Shown: positions 57,383 through 64,000 of the stretch, one piece after another
Layout of the letters: the number at the start of each line of letters is the position of its first letter
Numbering within the stretch: the stretch's first letter is position 1
Source: Candidatus Eiseniibacteriota bacterium
Lineage (GTDB): Bacteria > Eisenbacteria > RBG-16-71-46 > CAZAMP01
Direction: 5' to 3'
DNA: 64,000 bases
Assembly (NCBI GenBank): GCA_965224245.1
Contig: OZ245046.1
Coordinates: 4,640,001-4,704,000, forward strand
Notes under the pieces: generated by a model
What the model was told of the DNA's origin: nothing
What the model saw: only the letters and a program-made list of their open reading frames with translations
The model's database searches: none
Made by a program: the position numbers and the translations under genes

Positions 57383-58261
57383 TTACCGATTACGCCCTCC
57401 GGATCGCCGGCGGGCCTCGCGCGCCCGTGCCGCCGATAGCGGCGGCACGTCCATCGCCGCGCGCTCGGCGTCGGTCACGGCCGTGGTGTCGATCGGCTCC
57501 ATCGTCCACACGCCGTCCACCGTGTGAAGCTGCGTGCCGTAGATCTGCGGCTTTCCCACGCTCCAGAGGTATCGATCCCAGGCCGCGGCCGTGAGCCAGC
57601 GGGCCGACGGGTGCGCGTGCTCCATCCCGGACGCCGTCCTCGCCAGCTCGTAGGCCAGTCGATACGACGTGGAGTCGCGGCCGTGCTGGAAGATCATCGC
57701 CGCGTGGAAGAAGTCGTCGGACACCTCGAGCGCGCCCGCGTCCACCAGCTCCCGTGCGCGGGCGCGACGTCGCGCATCGTTCCCGGACACGACGTCCCAG
57801 CCGACGCTGTCGGCGTTCCGGCGTTCGCTCTGATCGGCCGTGTACATCTCGTACAGCTCGCGGTTGACCGACGCGAGGTAGGTGTCGAGGTTCGCCCGGG
57901 CGCGCTGCAGGACACCCGTCCATCGGGGATCCTCGTGCAGGAGGTCGAGATCGGTGTCGCCGGAGAGCCAGTCGGGATTGCGATAGCCCCGCTCCAGCGC
58001 CTGGTCGAGCACGCGAAACGCGCTCTCGACGTCGCCGGAGAGCGCGTAGCAGCAGGCCGCGTTGTACGCATCCCCGGTCCCGTTCGGGGTCTCTCTGCTC
58101 GCCTTCTCGTAGAGAGGACCGCACTCGGCGTAGTGACCCGCCTCGTACGCCGCGTCCGCCTGGGCGCGTGGAGCGGGCGTCTCGTCCGCGGCCGCGGGTG
58201 AGGAATGCGAGGCCAGGGCCACGACCGCGAGCAGCGAGGCCAGCTTGCGTGGAGTCGACAT
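57383..58261 (-). CDS. Secreted TPR-end + DUF6624-like protein
   Basis: Signal peptide, YNAACCYALSG...L..ALERGY...D.DL..L..DPRW, then MYTADQSER...AAMIFQH...DRYL...GKPQIYGTQ...RAAMDVPPL. Confidence 0.75.
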   Translation of the reverse strand: MSTPRKLASLLAVVALASHSSPAAADETPAPRAQADAAYEAGHYAECGPLYEKASRETPNGTGDAYNAACCYALSGDVESAFRVLDQALERGYRNPDWLSGDTDLDLLHEDPRWTGVLQRARANLDTYLASVNRELYEMYTADQSERRNADSVGWDVVSGNDARRRARARELVDAGALEVSDDFFHAAMIFQHGRDSTSYRLAYELARTASGMEHAHPSARWLTAAAWDRYLWSVGKPQIYGTQLHTVDGVWTMEPIDTTAVTDAERAAMDVPPLSAARAREARRRSGGRNR

Positions 58262-58367
58262 GTTGCGTGCTCCGTCCGGAAGAGTCGTTCGGGTCCGCGG
58301 TGCGCCCGCGGCCGGCCCGCCGGACATCATAGCGCCGATCCCGCGTCGCGTCGCCGGGGTGAGACCC

Positions 58368-59153
58368 TCACCCTGGAGATCGGACGCGCCACGCGGCCAC
58401 GACGTCGACGACCACCCGCGCCACGACGTCCCGTCCGAAGCCGGGATCACGTTCCGTGTCGAGGTCCGGGTGCGGATCGGCGGCATGCGTGGCGGACCCA
58501 TCCCAGGCCGTGAACACGTGGGAGTCCGTCGCGGCGCGGGTATGCCGCGTCGAGCCCGTGCGGGCACGGCGTGTCCCGCCGGTGCGCGCGACGATGACAC
58601 CCCCGAGGCCCGGCGTCACGGCGCCGGGCCAGTAAGCCGCCGCCCTCGCCGCGAACGTGGCGGCCCGCGATGCGTTCAGCCGGTACGAGGTGCCGTGGAT
58701 CCGCTCGGCGGACACGAACGCGTCGGCCGTTTCGCCCGGCCCGCCCGCCATCTCGAAGACGCCGTCCAGGACCTGCACCCGGATCGACGAGTAGCTCGGG
58801 CGGAGCTCGGTCTCCGATGCGATCCGGTCGTGGTGGTGCCGCATGAAGTCCCCGTATGCGGCGCGATCCCGCCACAGGCCGAGGATCGCGGCGCGATCTC
58901 GCCACAGGCCGGGGATCGCGGCACCACCCGGCATGCCGGCACGACCGCGGGTACCGGCGCGTTCCGACGTCGCGAGACGACCGGGCGTCGCGTCGCCATC
59001 GGGAGCCCCCGGCGGCGAGGTGCTCCTCATCCATCCACCGACTTGCGAGAGAAACCCGTCGAGCGCGGCGAGCGCCCCCCAGCGCGACTGGGCTCGCGCG
59101 AAGGCGTCGCGACGCTCGGCGGGTACCTCACAGATGATCCACTTCACGAGCAC
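58368..59153 (-). CDS. YdbC/DUF4937 family protein with low-complexity insertion
   Basis: LVKWIICEV...FARAQSRW..L...DGFL.Q.GGW and WRDRAAYGDFMRHHHDRI. Confidence 0.7.
   Translation of the reverse strand: MLVKWIICEVPAERRDAFARAQSRWGALAALDGFLSQVGGWMRSTSPPGAPDGDATPGRLATSERAGTRGRAGMPGGAAIPGLWRDRAAILGLWRDRAAYGDFMRHHHDRIASETELRPSYSSIRVQVLDGVFEMAGGPGETADAFVSAERIHGTSYRLNASRAATFAARAAAYWPGAVTPGLGGVIVARTGGTRRARTGSTRHTRAATDSHVFTAWDGSATHAADPHPDLDTERDPGFGRDVVARVVVDVVAAWRVRSPG
58861..58920. repeat. 2 x 30-bp in-frame tandem duplication
   Basis: gcgcgatcccgccacaggccgaggatcgcg / gcgcgatctcgccacaggccggggatcgcg (2 mismatches), encoding AIPGLWRDRA-AILGLWRDRA. Confidence 0.9.
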
Positions 59154-59330
59154 GTCCCGCTCCTTCCTCGGGGGCGAGTCTAGCGCACGGCGTGCGAGGC
59201 CGCGATCGCGCCCGACGTCGGAGACGCGCGCTCGGAGCGACGAGCACGTGGAGCCGCTCGCGGCGCATGCTAGAGTCCGGGAGCTTCACGCCGTGTGATC
59301 GACCGATCGGATCCCACACCCCGGAGCGCC

Positions 59331-60410
59331 ATGAAAGCCCGACTCGCACTCGTCGTGACCTCGCTCGTCCTCAGCGTTCTGATCGGCCTGGCGCTCTCGC
59401 GGGGCGCATCCATGGGCGGCGACCGCGAGCGCCCGCTGATCGGCTTCGCGATGGACACGCTGAAGGAGGCGCGCTGGCAGCGCGACCGCGACGCGTTCGT
59501 GGCCCGCTGCGAGGAGCTCGGCGCCGACGTCCTCGTCCAGTCGGCCAACAGCGACGACACGCGCCAGATGCAGGACGTGCAGTCACTGGTGAGCCGCGAC
59601 GTGGACGTGCTCGTGCTCGTCCCCCACAACGGCGCCGCCATGGCGAAGGCCGTCCGGGTGGCCCACGACGCCGGCATCCCGGTGATGGCGTACGACCGGC
59701 TGATCCCCGACTGCGATCTCGACTTCTACATCACGTTCGACAACGTGCGCGTGGGCGAGATGCAGGCCGAATACCTCGTCTCGAAGATACCGCCGGACCG
59801 CACCTGGCGCATCGTCCGCATCTACGGCGCCAACACCGACCACAACGCGACGCTGTTCAAGGAGGGACAGGACCTCGTCCTCGCGCCCTACGTCGCCGAC
59901 GGCCGCATCGAGGTCGTGCACGAGGACTGGGCCGAGAACTGGAAGCCCGAGCAGGCCAAGAAGATCACCAACGCCGCGATCACGCGGCACGGCCGCGACA
60001 TCGACGCCGTGCTCGCGTCGAACGACGGCACCGCGGGCGGTGCGATCCAGGCGCTCCTCGAGGAGGGCCTCGCCGGGCGCGTCCTCGTGACCGGACAGGA
60101 CGCCGAGCTCGTGGCCTGCCAGCGCATCGTCGCGGGCACGCAGGCCATGACGATCTACAAGCCGTTGCGGGACGTGGCCCGGCGAGCGGCCGAGATCGCC
60201 GTCCGGATCGCCGAGCGCCGGCCCGTCTTCGCGGCGAAGTCCGTGGACAACGGCCGGGTCCAGGTGCCCGCCGAGCTGCTGGGCGTGGTGGCCGTGGATC
60301 GCGACAACCTGCGCGAGACCGTCGTCGCGTCGGGCTTCCACCCGGCCGACGACGTGTATCGGGACGTGCCTCCGGACGCGCGACCCGGCTCGGGGTCGTC
60401 GACGCCGTGA
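59331..60410 (+). CDS. xylF: D-xylose-type sugar ABC transporter substrate-binding protein
   Basis: EARWQRDRDAF, AYDRLI, FDNVRVG, DHNATLF, ASNDGTAGG, TGQDA, MTIYKP. Confidence 0.85.
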   Translation: MKARLALVVTSLVLSVLIGLALSRGASMGGDRERPLIGFAMDTLKEARWQRDRDAFVARCEELGADVLVQSANSDDTRQMQDVQSLVSRDVDVLVLVPHNGAAMAKAVRVAHDAGIPVMAYDRLIPDCDLDFYITFDNVRVGEMQAEYLVSKIPPDRTWRIVRIYGANTDHNATLFKEGQDLVLAPYVADGRIEVVHEDWAENWKPEQAKKITNAAITRHGRDIDAVLASNDGTAGGAIQALLEEGLAGRVLVTGQDAELVACQRIVAGTQAMTIYKPLRDVARRAAEIAVRIAERRPVFAAKSVDNGRVQVPAELLGVVAVDRDNLRETVVASGFHPADDVYRDVPPDARPGSGSSTP

Positions 60411-62062
60411 TGCACGCCGGCACGAGGCGCGGGCTCGAGACACACGGCATCACGATGCGCTACCCCGGCGTGGTCGCGCTGGACGACGTGTCGCTGTCGT
60501 TCCGCCCCGGCGAGGTGCACGCCCTCTGCGGCGAGAACGGCGCCGGCAAGTCCACGCTGATCAAGATCCTGAGCGGCGTCATTCCCGCCGCCGCCTACGA
60601 GGGACGGATCGAGCTGAACGGCGAGCCGTTCTCGCCCGCCTCCATCACGGGCGCGCGCGGGAGCGGCATCGCCGTCATCCACCAGGAGCTGGCGTTGATC
60701 GCCGAGCTGACGGTGGCCGAGAACGTCTTCCTCGGGCGCGAGCCGACCCGGCGTGGGCTCGTGGACTTCGAGCGCCTGTTCTCGGACACCGAGGCGCTCT
60801 TCGCTCGCCTGGGCCTCGACATCTCCGCATCGGCGCCGGTGCGCGCGCTCGGCATCGGCTCGCAGCAGCTGGTCGAGATCGCCAAGGCGCTCTCGTTCGA
60901 GTCGTCCTTCCTGCTCCTCGACGAGCCCACCGCGGCGCTGACCGATCGCGAGGTGGCCAAGCTGCACGACGTCGTGCGCGAGCTCCGGGCATCCGGGACG
61001 ACGTGCGTGTACATCACCCACCGGCTCGACGAGGTGTTCACGATCGCCGATCGCGTCAGCGTACTCCGGGACGGCACGCACGTGATGACCGAGGACGTGT
61101 CGAGCGTCGACGAGCCGGGGCTGATCCGGAGCATGGTGGGGCGGGAGATCGCCGACCTGTATCCGCGCCGGGCGGCCTCCGCGGACACGACCGCCGCGCC
61201 GCGGACACCGGCGGACCGAACCTCGGCGGATCGGACCCCGACGGCAGCGACACCGCCGGCGAGGATGCCGCGCGCCCGCACCCCGGAAGCGGATCGCGCT
61301 CGGCTCGAACTCGTGGACGTCACGGTCGCGCGTGGCCTCGACGACACCCCCGTGCTGGAGGGCATCGATCTCGCCGTGCACGCCGGTGAGGTGGTCGGCA
61401 TCGGCGGGCTGATGGGGGCGGGTCGCACCGAGCTGGCGCTGCACCTCATCGGGGCGTTCGGCCGCCGCCTCCGGGGCACGATGCGCGTGGACGGACGCGA
61501 GGTCGTCATCGGATCGCCGAGCGCCGCGCTCGACGCGGGCATCATGCTCGTGAGCGAGGATCGCAAGCGGTACGGCCTCTTCGGGAACGCGAGCGTGCGT
61601 TTCAACCTGACCATCGCGTCACTGGCGTCCGTGGTCCGGTTCGGCCTCGTCGACGAGGCGGCCGAGGGCGCGAGCGCCCTCGGCGCGGTTCGCGATCTGG
61701 GGATCAAGACACCGACCATCGATGCGGGCGTCCTCGGTCTCTCGGGCGGCAACCAGCAGCGCGTCGTTCTGGGGCGCGCGGTCCTGAGCCAGCCCGGCGT
61801 GTTTCTCCTCGACGAGCCCACCCGCGGGGTCGACGTGGGCGCCAAGCGCGAGATCTACGAGATCGTCAACGCGCTGACCGATCGCGGCAAGGCCGTCGTC
61901 CTGATCTCGAGCGAGCTGCCCGAGCTGATCGGCATGAGCGATCGCATCGTGGTCCTCAGCGCGGGCCGCGTCGGGGGCACGTTCGCGCGGGGCGAGGCCA
62001 CCGAGGAGGCGGTGCTGTCGGCCGCGATGCGATTCGGCAGCCGCATGAGGTCGTCGGCGTGA
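60410..62062 (+). CDS. xylG: Sugar ABC transporter ATP-binding protein (tandem ABC)
   Basis: CGENGAGKSTLIKILSG, IHQELAL, LDEPT, GLMGAGRTE, EDRK, LSGGNQQ, DEPTRGVDVGAK. TGATG coupling. Confidence 0.88.
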   Translation: MHAGTRRGLETHGITMRYPGVVALDDVSLSFRPGEVHALCGENGAGKSTLIKILSGVIPAAAYEGRIELNGEPFSPASITGARGSGIAVIHQELALIAELTVAENVFLGREPTRRGLVDFERLFSDTEALFARLGLDISASAPVRALGIGSQQLVEIAKALSFESSFLLLDEPTAALTDREVAKLHDVVRELRASGTTCVYITHRLDEVFTIADRVSVLRDGTHVMTEDVSSVDEPGLIRSMVGREIADLYPRRAASADTTAAPRTPADRTSADRTPTAATPPARMPRARTPEADRARLELVDVTVARGLDDTPVLEGIDLAVHAGEVVGIGGLMGAGRTELALHLIGAFGRRLRGTMRVDGREVVIGSPSAALDAGIMLVSEDRKRYGLFGNASVRFNLTIASLASVVRFGLVDEAAEGASALGAVRDLGIKTPTIDAGVLGLSGGNQQRVVLGRAVLSQPGVFLLDEPTRGVDVGAKREIYEIVNALTDRGKAVVLISSELPELIGMSDRIVVLSAGRVGGTFARGEATEEAVLSAAMRFGSRMRSSA

Positions 62063-63192
62063 GCGGCCGGGGCTCGCTCCGGGGCCTCGCGCTCTTCGGC
62101 GCGCTGGTCGCGATCTGGGTGTTCTTCGCGATCGCGTCCGAGTCGTTCCTGAGCCCGCGCAACCTCTCGCTCCTGGCCATCGAGCTCTCGGTGACGGCCA
62201 GCCTCGCGCTGGGGATGCTGCTGGTGCTCCTGCCGGCCCAGATCGACCTGTCGGCCGGAAGCGGCGTCGGGCTGATCGGCGGGGTGGCCAGCGTGCTCGT
62301 GTTTCATCACGGGTGGCCCTCGTCACTGGCCATGCTCACCGGGGCGGCGCTCGCGGTGGTCGTCTGGTCGCTGATGGGAACCCTTATCGTGCGGCAGCGC
62401 GTGCCCGCGTTCATCATCACGCTCGGCGGCCTGCTCGCGTTCAAGGGCTTCTTCTGGCTGGTGATCGGCAACGCGACGGTACCGGTCAGTCGCGGCGCGG
62501 CGATGAACGCCTATGCGGCACTGACCACGTTCTACCTGTCGCCGGCACTGAGCGCGATCGTGGTGGCCGTCGTCGTGCTGGGCGCGATCGTGGGCACGTT
62601 GCGGGTGCGCGCACGGCGCCTCCGCCACGGCTTCGACGTGGACGACCCCGAGATCACGTTCCTGAAGCTCTTCATCACCGCACAGGCGCTGGCGCTGGTG
62701 GCCATCGTGTCGAGCCAGTTCCGGGGGATCCCGCTGTCGCTCGTCGTCCTGGCCGCGCTGGCGGGTGCGGTGACCGTGTTCACGTCGCACACCCGCTACG
62801 GGCGCTATCTGTATGCAATCGGCGACAACGAGGAGGCGGCGTTCCTGTCGGGCATCCCGGTGGGACGCGTCGTGGTCACCGCGTTCGCGGCGATGGGTGC
62901 GGTCGTGGCCATCACGGGGTTCATGCAGACCGCGTACGCCGGCGCCTCCACCACGACGGTGGGCGAGCTGATGGAGCTCGACGCCATCGCGGCCTGCGTG
63001 ATCGGGGGCACGAGCCTCCGGGGCGGCCGCGGCACGGTGCTCGGCGTGCTCTTCGGCGCGCTGATCATGACCAGCCTCCTGAACGGGATGACGCTGCTGG
63101 CGGTGTCGCCCGAGCTGAAGCTGATCGTGCGCGGCAGCGTCCTCGTGCTCGCGGTCTGGATGGACGTGACGTTGACCCGCCGGGGGTCCTGA
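62059..63192 (+). CDS. xylH: Sugar ABC transporter permease
   Basis: FLSPRNLS.L, IDLSAGS, VPAFIITLGG, TRYGRYLYAIG.N.EAA.LSGI, ELDAIAACVIGGTSL.GG.G. Confidence 0.88.
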   Translation: MSGRGSLRGLALFGALVAIWVFFAIASESFLSPRNLSLLAIELSVTASLALGMLLVLLPAQIDLSAGSGVGLIGGVASVLVFHHGWPSSLAMLTGAALAVVVWSLMGTLIVRQRVPAFIITLGGLLAFKGFFWLVIGNATVPVSRGAAMNAYAALTTFYLSPALSAIVVAVVVLGAIVGTLRVRARRLRHGFDVDDPEITFLKLFITAQALALVAIVSSQFRGIPLSLVVLAALAGAVTVFTSHTRYGRYLYAIGDNEEAAFLSGIPVGRVVVTAFAAMGAVVAITGFMQTAYAGASTTTVGELMELDAIAACVIGGTSLRGGRGTVLGVLFGALIMTSLLNGMTLLAVSPELKLIVRGSVLVLAVWMDVTLTRRGS

Positions 63193-63392
63193 CCGCTCGA
63201 GCGATCTCGACGCCGGTCGATCGCGCGTTCGACGACCGTCGGCGCCCGGGGTCGTGTGGGTCACGGGGACACCGATCCCCCGGAGCGCCCAGGTCAGCCA
63301 TCTTCAGATGCCCCCGCCGTGGTATCCTCTTCGTCACGTATCCCTCGTCTCATCCCGATCACCGGACCCGGCCCGACCGAACGGAGGAATTC

Positions 63393-64000
63393 TTGCGCGC
63401 GCTTCACCCCGACCGAGCCCTTCTCGCCGCCGCCTGCGCGGCTCTCGTCGCGACATCGGCCTCGGCGCAGTCATCGGAGAACGTCACCATCCTCGGCCAG
63501 ATCTGGACGTCCGAGTGGCACGCCGATCTCTGGGGCTACGCCGCCGACGGCGTCGAGATCGCCATCCAGGGCGTGTACGACCGGACGTACTTCTTCGACG
63601 TGACCGACCCCGCCAACATCCAGATCGTCTACGAGCTGCCGGGGCCCGACTCGATCTGGCGCGACATCAAGACGTATGACCACTACGCGTACGTCGTGAA
63701 CGACGACCTCGGCCTCGGGGGACGCGGCATTCAGGTCGTGGACATGTCCGACCCGCTGAACCCGGTGCTCGTGCGCGAGGTGATGGATCACTTCACCACC
63801 GCCCACAACGTCTGGATCGATCAGGAGCTGGGTCTCCTGTTCGCGCCCGGCGCCGGCTCGTCGACGTTCGTGTACGACCTCATCGCCGATCCGTCGAACC
63901 CGACGTACCTCTACGACTTCAATCAGTACTACGTGCACGACATGCACTCGCGCGGCGGCATCGGCTACATGTCGGCGGTCTACGAGGGAACCATCGACAC
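63393..64000 (+). CDS. Choice-of-anchor B / LVIVD family secreted protein, 3' partial (absent from the ORF track)
   Basis: TTG after GGAGG. Own translation: signal peptide, NVTILGQ, ADLWGY, FDVTDP, SIWRDIKTYDHYAYVV, GIQVVDMSDP, TAHNVWID, YVHDM. Runs off the window. Confidence 0.85.
   Translation, partial: MRALHPDRALLAAACAALVATSASAQSSENVTILGQIWTSEWHADLWGYAADGVEIAIQGVYDRTYFFDVTDPANIQIVYELPGPDSIWRDIKTYDHYAYVVNDDLGLGGRGIQVVDMSDPLNPVLVREVMDHFTTAHNVWIDQELGLLFAPGAGSSTFVYDLIADPSNPTYLYDFNQYYVHDMHSRGGIGYMSAVYEGTID

Overview
High-GC bacterial chromosomal window with about 38 protein-coding genes. I recognised no rRNA, tRNA, CRISPR array or mobile element. Three complete secreted proteins end in a WDGRxxxGRxxxxGxY FlgD-Ig/T9SS-like C-terminal domain, a TonB receptor is present, and lipoproteins are abundant. 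This suggests a diderm FCB-related lineage such as Eisenbacteria, Krumholzibacteriota or Latescibacterota (inference only). In order: partial TamB-like gene; an unusual signalling cluster (Hanks kinase with PEGA domains, divergent sigma-70/ECF-like protein with an apparent insertion in sigma4, soluble HxxxCxxC anti-sigma-like protein, transglutaminase-like + Clp-N fusion); a lipoprotein/beta-propeller/glycosidase-like island with an internal paralogue pair; aconitase; rhomboid, YugP-type peptidase, two dynamin-like GTPases and typA; a large GH-like/beta-helix protein; a CPA1 antiporter; a TPP riboswitch ahead of a TonB receptor + sodium:solute symporter; LVIVD protein; 5'-3' exonuclease, DUF1697, NRAMP-like, F420-type oxidoreductase, TetR with palindromic operator, clpC; DAACS transporter, DUF4126, asnS; BNR/YCF48 protein, sigZ-like ECF and small genes; xylFGH-like ABC transporter; partial choice-of-anchor B gene. 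All family calls come from motif recognition by eye, not database searches.
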